Made by a program: the position numbers and the translations under genes. A DNA stretch of 20,000 nucleotides from Chiloscyllium plagiosum. Taxonomy: Eukaryota. Shown in pieces: positions 1 to 10,079 of the stretch. The stretch's first letter is position 1, and the number at the start of each line of letters is the position of its first letter. Where the stretch lies: the NCBI RefSeq assembly GCF_004010195.1, contig NC_057718.1, positions 72,461,102-72,481,101 on the forward strand, read 5' to 3'. The notes beneath the pieces are model-generated. The model did not search any database and was not told where the DNA came from. It saw only the letters and a list, made by a program, of their open reading frames with translations.

Positions 1-946
1 CCTTCCGTTAGGAGGGGGGTCCAGAATTGCACACAATATTCCAAAAGTGGGCTGCCCAGTGTCCCGTACAGTCGCAACACGACCTCCCAGATCCTAAACT
101 CAATACTCTGACCAATAAAGGAAAGTATACTAAATGCCTTCTTTATTATCCTATCTACCTGCGGCTCCACTTTCAAGGAGCTATGAACCTGCACTCCAAG
201 GTCTCTTTGTTCAGCAACACTCCCCCGGACCTTACCATTAAGTGTATAAGTCCTGCTAAGATTTGCTTTCCCAAGATGTAGCACCTCGCATTTATCTGAA
301 TTAAACGCCATGTTCTCAGCCCATTGGCCCATCTGATGAAGATCTCATTGTAATGTGAGGTAACCTTTTTCGCTGTCCATGACATCTCCAATTTTTGTGT
401 AGTCTCAAACCTATTAGCTATACTGCTGTCTTCACATCCAAATCATTTACACAAATGATGAAAAGCCGTGGACCCAGTGCCGATCCTTGTGGTACACCAC
501 TGATCACAGGCCTCCAGTCTGAGAGGCAACCTTTCACCCCCACCCTCTGTCTTCTACCTTCAAGCCAGTTCTGTATCCAAATGGCTAGTTGTCCCTGTAT
601 CCCTTGTGATCTAACCTTGCTAACCATTCTACCATGAGGAACTTTGTCAAATTACTTACTGAAATCCATATAGATCATGTCCACTGCTCTTCCCTCATCA
701 ATTCTCTTTGTTACTTCATAAAACTCAATTAAGTTCCTGAGACATGATTTCCCATGCACAAAGCCATGTTGACTATCCCTAATCAGTCCTTGCCTTTCCA
801 AATACATGTAAATCCCATACATCTATAGCCATCTATTTCCCCATGTTCTGTATGTCCTTCTCCACAGTGAACACTGATGCAAAATCAGTATCTTCCCCAT
901 CTCCTGAGGTTCCACACATAGGCTGCCTTCCTAATCTTTGAGGAGT

Positions 947-1036
947 CCTGAAGAAGGGCCTGTGCCCGAAACGTCGAATCTCCTGTTCCCTGGATGCTGC
1001 CTGACCTGCTGTGCTGTTCCAGCAATAAAGTTTCAA
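947..1036 (+). mobile_element. Short Penelope-like terminal fragment inserted in the CR1
   Basis: cctgaagaagggcctgtgcccgaaacgtcga...gatgctgcctgacctgctgtgctgttccagca; same family as 6455-6582 and 8267-8885. CR1 resumes at 1037, with tcct at both junctions. Confidence 0.75.
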
Positions 1037-2997
1037 TCCTGTTCTTTCCCTAGTTACCTTTTTGTCCTTAATGTATTTATAAAATCCCTTTGGAATCTGC
1101 TTAACTCTATTTGCCAAAAATATCTTATGTTCCCTTTTTGCCCTCCTGATTTCTCTCTCAAATATACTCTTTATACTCTTATAAGGATTGACTTGATCTC
1201 TGATGTCTATACCTTGACATATGCTTCCTTCTTTTTCTTGAGTAAAACTTCAATTTCTCTAGTCTTCCAATATTCCCTGTACCTACCAGCCTTTCCTTTC
1301 ACCCTAACAGGAATATACTATCTCTGCACTCTTGTTATCTCACTTCTGAAGAGTTCCATTTTCCAGCCATCCCTTTACCTGCGAACATCCGCACCCAATC
1401 AACTTTTGAAAGTTCTTGCCTAATATTGTCAAAATTAGCCTTCCTCCAATTTAGAACTTTTAACTTTTAGATCCTATCTATCCTTTTCCATCATTATTTT
1501 AAAACTTAAAGAATTATGGTCGCTGGCCCTAAAGTGCTTCCCCACTGACACCCCAGTCACCTGTCCTGCCTTATTCCCCAAGAGTAGGTCATGTTTTGCA
1601 CCTTCTCTAGTAGATCCATCCACATACTGAATCAAAAATGTTTCTTATACACACCTAACAAATTCCCCTCTGTCTAAACCCTTAACACATTGGCAGTCCC
1701 AGTCTATGTTTAGAAAGTTAAAATTCCTACCATAACCACCCTATTATTCTTGCAGATAACTAAGATCTCCTTACGAATTTGTTTCTCAATTTCCCACTGA
1801 CTATTGGGGGTCGGTAGCACAATACAAATAAGGTAATCATCCCTTTCTTATTTCTCAGTTCCACCCAAATAACTTCCCCGCACATATTCTCAGGAATATT
1901 CTACCTAAGTACAGCTGTAATGTTATCGCTTATCAAAAATGCCACGCCCCCTCCTCTCTTGCCTCCCCTTTCTCTCCTTCCTATAGCATTTCTTTCCTGG
2001 AACATTAAGCTGCCAATCCTGTCCATCCTGAGCCACATCTCTAATTGCTATGATATCCCAGTCCCATGTTCCCAATTATACCCTGTGTTCATCTGCCTTC
2101 CCCGTTAGGCCTCTTGCATTGAAATAAATTCAATTTGATTTACCTCATTCTTTGCTTTGTTCATGCCTGTCTTGACAGTTTGACTTCTTGCTCCCTCTCC
2201 CAAACGGTATCAGTCTGAGACTGATCTCTTTTCTCACTATCTCCCTGGGTAAACCCCCCCCCCCCCCCCAAAAAGACACAACCTTATTAGTTTAAGTCCT
2301 CTCAAGCTGCTCTGGCAAATCTCCCTGCCAGTATATTAGTCCCCTTCTAATTGAGGTGCAATCCTTCCTTCCTTCTACATGTCACTTTTACCCCAGAAGA
2401 GATTCCAATGATCTAAAAATGTGAATCCTTCTCTCCTGCACCAGCTCCTCAACCATTCATTCACCTGCTCTGTTCTCCTATTCCTACCCTCATCAGCTTA
2501 GAGCACGGGAGTAATCCAGATACTACTACTCCTGAAGACCTTTTTAAATTCCTGCTTAACTTCCTATATTCTCCATTAAGAATCTCATCCTTTTCCCTTC
2601 CTGTGTCATTAGTTCCAGTGTGTAGAACTGCCTCCTGCTGCTCCCACTCATCTTTGAGAATATTCTGTACTCTCTGCAAAATAGCCTTGATCCTGGCAAC
2701 AGACCATTCAGATTTCTCGCTGTCGGTGAGAACGGTCTATCTGTGCCTCTGACTAGAAAGTCCCCTATCACAATCGATTACTTGGGACCTGACATATCTC
2801 TTGTTACATTAAAGCCAATCTCCGTACCAGAAACTTGGCTGCTCATGCTACATTCCCCTTAAAGTCCATCACTCCCTACATTTTCTAAAACAATATACTT
2901 GTTTGAGATAGACACAGACACAGGAGACTATTGCACTACCTGCTTCCCTCTCCTACCTTTCCTGGCGTTATCTGTGATTTTTTTTCCCTTTCTCATC

Positions 2998-3791
2998 TCA
3001 TTATAGGAAAGATGTGGAAGTTTTAGAGAGGGTGCAGAGGAGATTTACCAGGATGCTGCCTGAACTGGAGGGCATTGTCTTATGAAGTTGAGGGAGTTAT
3101 GGCGTTTCTCATTGGAGTGAAGAAGGATGAGAGGTGACTTGATAGAGGTGAACAAGATGATGAGAGGTATAGATTGAGTGGATAGCTAGAGACATCGTTC
3201 CAGGGTGGAAATGGAGGGCATAATTTTAAGGTGATTGAAGGAATGTTTAGGGGAAATGTCAGAGGTAGGTTCTTAACACAGAGAGTGGTGGGTGCATGGA
3301 ATGCACTGCCAGCAATGGTGGTAGAGTTAGACATAAGATGATCAGAGGATTAGGTAGGATGGACAGTGAGAGCCTTTTTCCTCGGATGGTGACGGCTAGC
3401 ACGACGGGACATAGCTTTAAATTGAGGGGTGATAGATATAGGACACATGTCAGAAGTAGGTTCTTTACTCAAAGAGTAGCAACAGTAGTAGTAGACTCGC
3501 CAACTTTAAGGGCATTTAAATGGTCATTGGATAAACATATGGATGATAATGGAATGGTGTAGGTTAGATAGGCTTCAGATTGGTTTCACAGGTCGGTGCA
3601 ACATCAAGGGCCGAAGGGCCTGGCCTACGCTGAAATGTTCAAATTTCTATGATACATTAGGGACATTTAAGTGACCCCTGGATAGGCACATGGATGATAG
3701 TAGAATGTAGGTATGTAGGTTAGTTTTATAAAAGGTCACACAACATCGAGGGCAGAACGACCTGTACTGTGCTGTACTGTTCTGTGTTCCA
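2998..3791 (+). mobile_element. CR1/HER1 LINE 3' end inserted in ORF1 of the large CR1, itself interrupted at 3332-3650
   Basis: LERVQRRFTRMLP...RGDLIEV...FLTQRVVGAWNALP. Sequence rejoins across the insert (gtagagttaga | gatacattagggacatttaa). Tail ctgtactgtgctgtactgttctgtgttc. Confidence 0.85.
3332..3650 (+). mobile_element. Younger CR1/HER1 3' end nested in the previous CR1
   Basis: KMIRGL...GHSFKLRGDRYRT..RFFTQRV plus 3' tail caacatcaagggccgaagggcc...tgttc; closely resembles 17786-18290. Confidence 0.85.
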
Positions 3792-4017
3792 CATTCTATA
3801 ACTGCCTTCCATCACACTCCCTAGTTCCTGTAAATTCGTCATTACCTCTAATTGCTGCTCCAACTGATCAATGTGACCTGATAGGATTCATAACTGAACA
3901 CATTTACTGTAGACATAATCATCAGTAACATGGAAATTCTCCCTAATCTCCCACATCTGACAGGAAGTGCACATCATTCTACTAAAGGCCATCTTTACAC
4001 CTTAACAAGAATATAGC

Positions 4018-4320
4018 ACAGTCACGGTGGCATGATGATTAGCACTGCTGCCTCAGAGAGCCAGGTTCAATTCCTGCCTCAGGCAACTGTCTGTGTGGAG
4101 GTTTTCATTCTCCCTGTGTCTGCGTGGGTTTCCTCCGGGTGCTCCGGGTTCCTCCCACAGTCCAAAAATGTGCACGTTATGTGGATTGGCCATGCTAAAT
4201 TGCCCGTAGTGTTAGGTGAAGGGGTAAACGTAGGGGAATGGGTCTGGGTGGGTTGCTTTTCGGAGGGTCGCTGTGACCTTGTTGGGCTGAGGGGCCTGTT
4301 TCCACACTGTACATAATCTA
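4018..4320 (+). mobile_element. HE1-type (tRNA-derived, V-SINE) SINE in the CR1 5'UTR
   Basis: tRNA-like head (cacggtggc...ttagcactgctgcctca...ggttcaattcc), core tgcgtgggtttcctccgggtgctccgg, CR1-like tail ggcctgtttccacactgt. Confidence 0.9.
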
Positions 4321-4744
4321 AAAACACTACATCAGGCTAACCTTAGTACCTATGTTTTATATTTATTAAATTTTAATCAAGAGACTGATCTCAATAAAAC
4401 CACAAAGTACCCACTCTACTCACTATTCAAAAAAAGACAGCAAGGTTACACTTAAAAACCATGTACTTATCTACTCCTGTGCTGTGAGCTCTCCACACAT
4501 GTTCCTCCAAAGTCAGATGTGAATTTTGCTGATGTTAATTTTTCTTAGATGCACTCTGATGTCCAGTGCATCTTGGTCCACTTTGGTTGTTACATTTTGG
4601 AAGAGAAATTGAGAAGCACAGGTGGTGGGAAGGAGAACCCTCTGTTTGTATGATGGAAATGTTGTCTTTAAAATTATATTCATAGAATTGACAATATCAT
4701 AGTAACTGAATCTGAAAAATGTCTACTTATTTTCCCCTTTTAAG

Positions 4745-4864
4745 GTACTTTTTAGTAAAACTGCTGAAAACAACATCAGACAGCTGGCTTGGGACAATAA
4801 TCAACCAGTAGAGAGAACCAATGCAGCTAAAATGCTTGAAAACACTATTGATTTAATCAATCAG
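4745..4864 (+). CDS. PGM3: PGM3 internal coding exon (VLFSKTAENNIRQLAWDNNQPVERTNAAKMLENTIDLINQ)
   Basis: Pyrimidine tract plus acceptor ttttccccttttaag|GTA; donor CAG|gtgaat; 120 nt, phase 0/0. Translation matches recalled vertebrate PGM3 'ALFS...AAKMLENIIDLFNQ'. Not in the ORF track. Confidence 0.93.
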
Positions 4865-5287
4865 GTGAATGCATTTTGTTAAGCATAGCATGACCTTTTA
4901 CATAGCTACTTGAAGTAGGCATTTCCAGTAAGACTTGACAGGCTGTATATGGATAATTTGATGAAAAGCTAATGAGAAAGAGAAACCTCAATTGACTCTC
5001 TATTCTCCAGCATTTGTATAAGTAACTGGCATTCATTTGATGCTATTTTAGTGGGGAATTCGGAGCGTGTCATGTGTAGGTGAAATCAATAGTATCTAGA
5101 GGTTTTCATTTAGTTATTAAACAGCTTATCCTATGAACAGTAAATATTGCTAATCATGTAATATAATTATAAAAAAAGACTTACCTGACTACTCATAGCT
5201 TTATTAGTAAAGCTCCACGACGTTTAAACAGGGCCTGTCCATCAGTCTACTGATTGCATTTTCTGACCTCTGATTCTGACTTTATAG

Positions 5288-5410
5288 ACAGTGGGAGATG
5301 CCATATCAGACCTGCTAACAATAGAGGCCATCCTGTTTATTACGGGCTTCACTATCCAAAAATGGGATTCAATTTACACAGACCTTCCTAACAGGCAACT
5401 AAAAGTGAAG
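5288..5410 (+). CDS. PGM3: PGM3 internal coding exon ([41 protein letters not shown])
   Basis: Acceptor tttatag|ACA, donor AAG|gtgagt; 123 nt, phase 0/0. Contains the PGM3/AGM1 motifs GDAISD and [11 protein letters not shown]. Confidence 0.96.
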
Positions 5411-5569
5411 GTGAGTTTATTCCTTACGTTACGTTAATGTAAAAAGTTGGAAGCATTGAACATTTAAAGGGAAAGCAGCTACACATTTCATTAGTATCTA
5501 TCATGGCCGTTCTCATCTTTTGGTAATTTTGTGTTCACAAACTAGAGTATTTAATTTAGAATGAGGTAA

Positions 5570-5800
5570 GTGCAACACTGAGGGAATGTTACACTGTTGG
5601 AGGTGCTGCCTTTAGGTTGAGAGGTTAAATTTTGGCCCTGTTAGGCAGACATTGAAACAAGGAATTTGCCATGCACGAATTAACAGCAGTATTTTACTAC
5701 AGTAAAAGAGGGAATTTGCTTGAAAAGCACTTCACTTAATTGACTGCAAATTGCTTTTATAGTTTACTTATATACTATATAAGTATAATGTTTTGTCTGG
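5570..5800 (+). mobile_element. Old Deu-domain-type SINE remnant
   Basis: acactgagggaatgttacactgttggaggtgctgcctttaggttgagaggttaaa resembles the recalled Deu core gtactgagggagtgctgcactgtcggaggtgccgtctttcggatgagacgttaaa. Confidence 0.55.
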
Positions 5801-6207
5801 CTCTCTGATGGATTTATCCTTACCCTCCTGTTTTTCATCTATCATGCAATCACTCAGTGACAAACAAAGGGTCAGTTTCTACGTCAGTGATGCTGACACC
5901 TTCTCAACTTCATAACTTGACTGTTCCAATGCGTTTGATTTGTTTGACATTCAGTGCTAGATGAGTAGAAATCTCCTCGGGTATTGGGAAGAGTGAAACT
6001 ATTCCTGTTGATCTTTGCCAAAAATTGTATTCTTAGCCACTGACTTCAACTTGAAGCTATACTTGATAATCAGCTTTGGTGTCATATCTGATTCCATTAT
6101 GAGTTTTCCACTGCACCTTTGACACCAACTGTATCCACTTCTGTAGCATTGCTCAATTTTTCCTTAGCTTATCAGCTATTAAAACTGTCATCTTTGCCTT
6201 GGAAGTT

Positions 6208-6325
6208 TCTGTTACGAGGTCAGCAACCTGAAATGCTGACTGTGTCTCTCTGCGAATGCTGCCTGACCTGAGTTTTCCAGCTGTTTGTTCTTATTTCAAG
6301 TTTCCAGCATCTGCAGTATTTTCCT
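6208..6325 (+). mobile_element. Older, diverged Penelope-like terminal fragment
   Basis: ctgttacgaggtcagcaacctgaaatgct...gaatgctgcctgacctgagttttccagc...tttccagcatctgcagtatttt shares the tgctgcctgacctg and ccagcatctgcagt blocks with the younger copies. Confidence 0.65.
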
Positions 6326-6454
6326 TTTAATGTCCCTGCCTTAGTTACCTGTATGCTTGAATATTCCACTTCATGCATGGGTGGTCTTCCATCTTTGGCC
6401 CTCCAAAATCTTAAGGTTATTCAAACCTCCATGATAATGTCTAAATTCTCAATA

Positions 6455-6582
6455 AGGAGAAAGTGAGGACTGCAGATGCTGGAGATCAGAGCTTAAAAAT
6501 GTGTTGCTGGAAAAGCGCAGCAGGTCAGGCAGCATCAAAGGAACAGGAGAATCGACGTTTCGGGCATAAGCCCTTCTTCAGG
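6455..6582 (-). mobile_element. Young Penelope-like terminal fragment
   Basis: Nearly identical to 8265-8392 (aggagaaagtgaggactgcagatgctgg...gcccttcttcagg). Ends precisely after the CUGAAGA motif. Confidence 0.8.
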
Positions 6583-6949
6583 TACTGCATCCTGGTAAAG
6601 CAACGTCCTGATTTTATCTTCAAATCCCTCAATGGCATTGCCTCTTTCTATCTTTGTAATCACCTAAAGCTCTCTGATAACTGCAGCAGCAATTTAGCAG
6701 TATTGAGAACCCCATTTTAGTATGACTTTCATTGGTGGTTTTGACTTCAGCTGCCAAGACACTCTGTTGCAGAATTCCTTCCCTTAACCTCTCCGCTATT
6801 TCCTCGTTTAGTGGGTTTCTTAAAACCATCTTGTCAATAAATTTTCATAATATGGATGGCTTGGTGTCAATTTTTGTCTTTTAAAGCTTCTGGGAAGCAC
6901 TGAGGGAAATGTTTGCAAGGACCATTTCCTTTTTGGCCCCAAAATGTAA

Positions 6950-7205
6950 ATGACCTCCTACTTGGTTGAAATCCAGCTGCAGCAATGTCCCTTTGAGTTT
7001 TATACTTCATTTTCACTACTTATTTTACTGTAATGTCTGTGTCATTTTCAATATGTGGCAGTTCTCTATTGTGTTTCTTAGTGAGGAATTAATAAATGTA
7101 GTGAACATTTGAGGTCCCAGCTCCGATCAATGTAACTAGTAGTTACATTTTTCTCATTTGAGTATTGATAAATTATGCTTACCCTTCTGCCATCTAGTCA
7201 GCGCT
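6950..7205 (-). mobile_element. Very old CR1 RT-region remnant
   Basis: taaatgtagtgaacatttgaggtcccagctccgatc corresponds on the minus strand to the (Q)GSVLGPQLFTIY motif region. Confidence 0.4.
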
Positions 7206-7429
7206 TTAGTTTTCACTTTTTCATAAGGAAAATATTGAATGTTCCATGAAGGTCGCCGTGAGTACAACCATGGACATTAACAGGCCATAATATCTTCTTC
7301 AAAAAGGCCTCTGACAATGCAGTGCTCTGTTTGCACTGAGTCGCTCAAGACCTGTTGCACCATGGACATCGAGTCAGAAAATAGTGCCATTAGTGAGCCA
7401 ACCCGATCAGCTTACTCTGCAAAATATAT

Positions 7430-8252
7430 CACACGTTGTAGGTTAAGTCTGTGGGCAAAAAGTTGGTAAATAAGGGAAAATGTGAAGTTGTTCCATTTTC
7501 GAAGTGAGACAAAAAGAATAATATTATTTAAATGGAGAAAACCTGAAGAAAGCTGCAACACATGGACTTGGGGATAATTGTGCATGAAACACAGGTGCAG
7601 TGGGTAATCAAGAAGGCTAATAGAATGTTGCCCCTTATTTTCAAGGGATTGAAATATAAGAGCAGGGACTGCAACTTACAAGGTGCTGGTGAGACTGCAC
7701 CTGTGGTTCTATGTGCTATTTAAGTTCATTTATTTAAGGAGTGATATTAATTCATTGGAGCTAGTTCAGAGAAGATTCTCTAGGATGATCCCTGGTATGA
7801 AAGGGTTGTCTTATGACAAAGGCTAAACATATTTGGAACTCTGATCATTGGAGTTTAGAGAGTGAGAAGTGATCTCATTGAAACTTACAGGATTCTTAAG
7901 AGTTTGACAGGGTAAATGCTGAGAGGATGTTTCCCGTCATGGGAAAATCTACCACCAAGTTAGATAGTGTCTCATTCTCAGAACAAACAGGTGGCAATTT
8001 AAGACTGAAGTAAGGAGGAATTTATTTTGAGGGTTGAGAGTCTTCGAAACTCTGTGTCACAGATAGCTGTCGGGGTAGAGTCCTTGTGTACATTTAAGGC
8101 TGAGACAGATAGATTCTTGATCCTAAGGGGAGTCTAGGGTTATGCTGGAACGGTAGGAAAGTGATCCTGATGAATATTAGATCAGATGTGATCCTATTGA
8201 ATGACAAGCTCAATGGCCAAACAGTCTAATCCTATTCCTATTTTGTATGGTC
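7430..8252 (+). mobile_element. Decayed CR1 LINE 3' portion
   Basis: KCEVV.F, DLGIIV, KKANRML, ELVQRRFSRMIPGM, RSDLIETYRILK motifs across broken frames; tail ggccaaacagtctaatcctattcctattttgtatggtc. Confidence 0.8.
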
Positions 8253-8482
8253 TTCTGTTGATTTAGGAGAAAGTGAGGACTGCAGATGCTGGAGATCAGA
8301 GCTTAAAAATGTGTTGCTGGAAAAGCGCAGCAGGTCAGGCAGCATCAAAGGAGAAGGAGAATCGACGTTTCGGGCATAAGCCCTTCTTCAGGAATGAGGA
8401 GGATGTGCCAAGCAGGCTAAGCTAAAAGGTAGGGAGGATGGACTTGGGGGAGGAGCGTTGGGAATGCGATAGGTGGAAGGAG

Positions 8483-8634
8483 NNNNNNNNNNNNNNNNNN
8501 NNNNNNNNNNNNNNNNNNNNNNNNNNNNNNNNNNNNNNNNNNNNNNNNNNNNNNNNNNNNNNNNNNNNNNNNNNNNNNNNNNNNNNNNNNNNNNNNNNNN
8601 NNNNNNNNNNNNNNNNNNNNNNNNNNNNNNNNNN
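8483..8634. other. Assembly gap (152 N)
   Basis: Run of N; true length unknown. Confidence 1.
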
Positions 8635-8803
8635 ACCGCCTTCTTGACCTGCAATCTTCTTCCCGACCTCTCCGCCCCCACCCCCTCTCCGGCCTATCAC
8701 CCTCACCTTAACCTCCTTCCACCTATCGCATTCTCAACGCCCCTCCCCCAAGTCCCTCCTCCCTACCTTTTAGCTTAGCCTGCTTGGCACATCCTCCTCA
8801 TTC

Positions 8804-8831
8804 CTGAAGAAGGGCTTATGCCCGAAACGTC
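8804..8831 (+). ncRNA. Minimal hammerhead-ribozyme-like motif (other copies at 948-975 +, 6554-6581 -, 8364-8391 -)
   Basis: CTGAAGA-A-GGGC-TTAT-GCCC-GAAA-CGTC: CUGANGA box, stem II hairpin, GAAA box, palindromic ACGU stem III and GUC triplet. Activity untested; stem I weak. Confidence 0.6.
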
Positions 8832-8911
8832 GATTCTCCTTCTCCTTTGATGCTGCCTGACCTGCTGCGCTTTTCCAGCAACACATTCTGTTGATTTAGT
8901 CAAGCTTCCAA

Positions 8912-8972
8912 CTTAGGGATTCGCAATAAGTGCTGGCCAGCCTGTGATGCCTATGCCCCACGAGTGAATAAA
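8912..8972 (+). mobile_element. Tail fragment of the SINE/LINE family also seen at 19478-19797
   Basis: ttagggattcgcaataagtgctggccagcctgtgatgcctatgccccacgagtgaataaaa resembles the recalled tail ttagggatgggcaataaatgctggcctagccagcgacgcccacatcccatgaatgaat. Confidence 0.55.
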
Positions 8973-9206
8973 ATGAAAGTGGTTTCATTACAATTTTATA
9001 ACAAGGTTGAGAGTTGATAAAGGGAGTAGTAATTAATTGAAAATGATCAGGGCTTCAGTATAACATCCTTGTCAAATTCCAAAGCTTTTTGGTTATAAAG
9101 TTAATGATTTTCTACTTGAGCACATTTAAGGACTTGAAAGCTTTAAGTCCTACTTTCCACAATTTCATGTGCTGCAAGCACTCCTTTTTGTTTTGGTTTT
9201 TATTAG

Positions 9207-9380
9207 GTGTCTGATCGACAAAAAATTGTCACTGTGGATGCTGGAAAGCGAGTAATATCCCCTGCAGGCCTGCAGCAAAATATTGATGCTTTGGTGAAGA
9301 AATACAATTTGTCACGGGCTTTTGTGCGTCCATCCGGTACAGAAGATGTGGTCCGAGTTTATGCTGAAGCTGACACCCAG
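9207..9380 (+). CDS. PGM3: PGM3 penultimate coding exon (VSDRQK...[22 protein letters not shown])
   Basis: Acceptor ttttattag|GTG; 174 nt. Contains the domain-4 phosphate-binding motif [19 protein letters not shown]. Ends at a GC donor CAG|gcaagt, in frame with the next exon. Confidence 0.96.
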
Positions 9381-9647
9381 GCAAGTGTGGCATTGAAAAT
9401 CAATTGATTCAGGGTAAAGTTGTATTGCTCTAATGTTGTAAGATTTAGGGATTTTTGAGGAATTTTAATTATTTTAAATCAAATAACTAGGTTTTGAATT
9501 CTTAACTGAGAATCCTACTGTTGCAACTTATGTCTAACCAGTTATCAACAAGTGGTATTTATGATTCAGTCTGAATTTATAAGGCATATGTTATATATGT
9601 GTTATACATACTTAACAAAATGCTGTGAAGATAGTAAAGATCCTTCG

Positions 9648-9690
9648 AGTGCTACTGTGGCTCAGTGGTTAGCATTGCTGCCCCACAGCC
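9648..9690 (+). mobile_element. HE1-type SINE head fragment
   Basis: ctgtggctcagtggttagcattgctgccccacagc matches the tRNA-like head of the other HE1 copies in the window. Confidence 0.6.
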
Positions 9691-10079
9691 TGGTTAGGAG
9701 GCTAAGACATTATCTGACCTCAGTGATTAAATCAGGTTTTTTGGGAGTAAAACTGTAGCAGAAAACGAATACAAGTTTCACTTGATCCAAGAATTATGAG
9801 GTTGCATCTTCTTAGATATACAAATTTAAGATGCAACACTGAAAATTCCCCTTATGTAATGAAACAATCTGCTTTAAACTGGTATCAAATATAAATTCCA
9901 CTATTTCATTTGAAGTTTAAATTAGAAGAAAGAACATCATGTGTTTCGCTTTTCAATACAGTTTGCAATTCTCCACGAAAATTCAAGTGCAGAGGTAGTC
10001 TGCCATGCAGTGGAATTGTGCCCTGAGGTTCCTTTGATTATTTGCTTTCCTTTCTATGACTTCAACTATTTTTAATGCA

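Larger units (their letters stand above)
1..4570 (-). mobile_element. Long decayed CR1-type LINE antisense in a PGM3 intron (5'UTR, ORF1, ORF2 to RT; 3' part runs off the window), split by nested insertions
   Basis: Minus strand: ORF1 start at 3992 MAFSRMMCTSCQMWE...DDYVYSKCVQL*...QLEQQLE (zinc finger/coiled coil); SGNH-esterase motifs IGDFLVRGTD and VLHTGTND (2460-2770); endonuclease region about 1400-2150; FASVFT (about 865-885); RT WIQNWL...[11 protein letters not shown] (418-627). Many stops and frameshifts; apparent internal deletion near 815-835. 5' boundary approximate. Confidence 0.88.
6070..6915 (+). mobile_element. Old L2-like LINE 3' remnant interrupted by two Penelope-like fragments
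   Basis: tgccttagttacctgtatgcttgaatattcca...ttcaaatccctcaatggcattgcc...ttcagctgccaag...aattccttccct...cttaaaacc resembles L2 ORF2 end and 3'UTR. Heavily decayed. Confidence 0.55.
8267..8885. mobile_element. Penelope-like insertion with inverted termini spanning an assembly gap, flanked by a 14-bp direct repeat
   Basis: 8308-8482 is the reverse complement of 8713-8887 (175 bp, 3 mismatches by eye). TTCTGTTGATTTAG occurs at 8253-8266 and 8886-8899. Confidence 0.8.

Noticed and set aside
938..1423. 161-aa plus-strand ORF, the longest in the track
   Set aside because: Antisense to CR1 ORF2 and crossing a Penelope insertion; no recognisable protein.
2254..2269. C16 homopolymer (G16 on the minus strand), a possible G-quadruplex
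   Set aside because: Lies in the CR1 ORF1/ORF2 junction region and is most simply a slippage expansion.
8388..8778. ORFs spanning the N run
   Set aside because: Artefacts of translating through the assembly gap.
947..8887. Recurring short palindromic repeat (gggc-ttat-gccc-gaaac) as a possible CRISPR repeat
   Set aside because: Copies are kilobases apart, on both strands and embedded in longer homologous flanks; no spacers, no cas genes, eukaryotic context.
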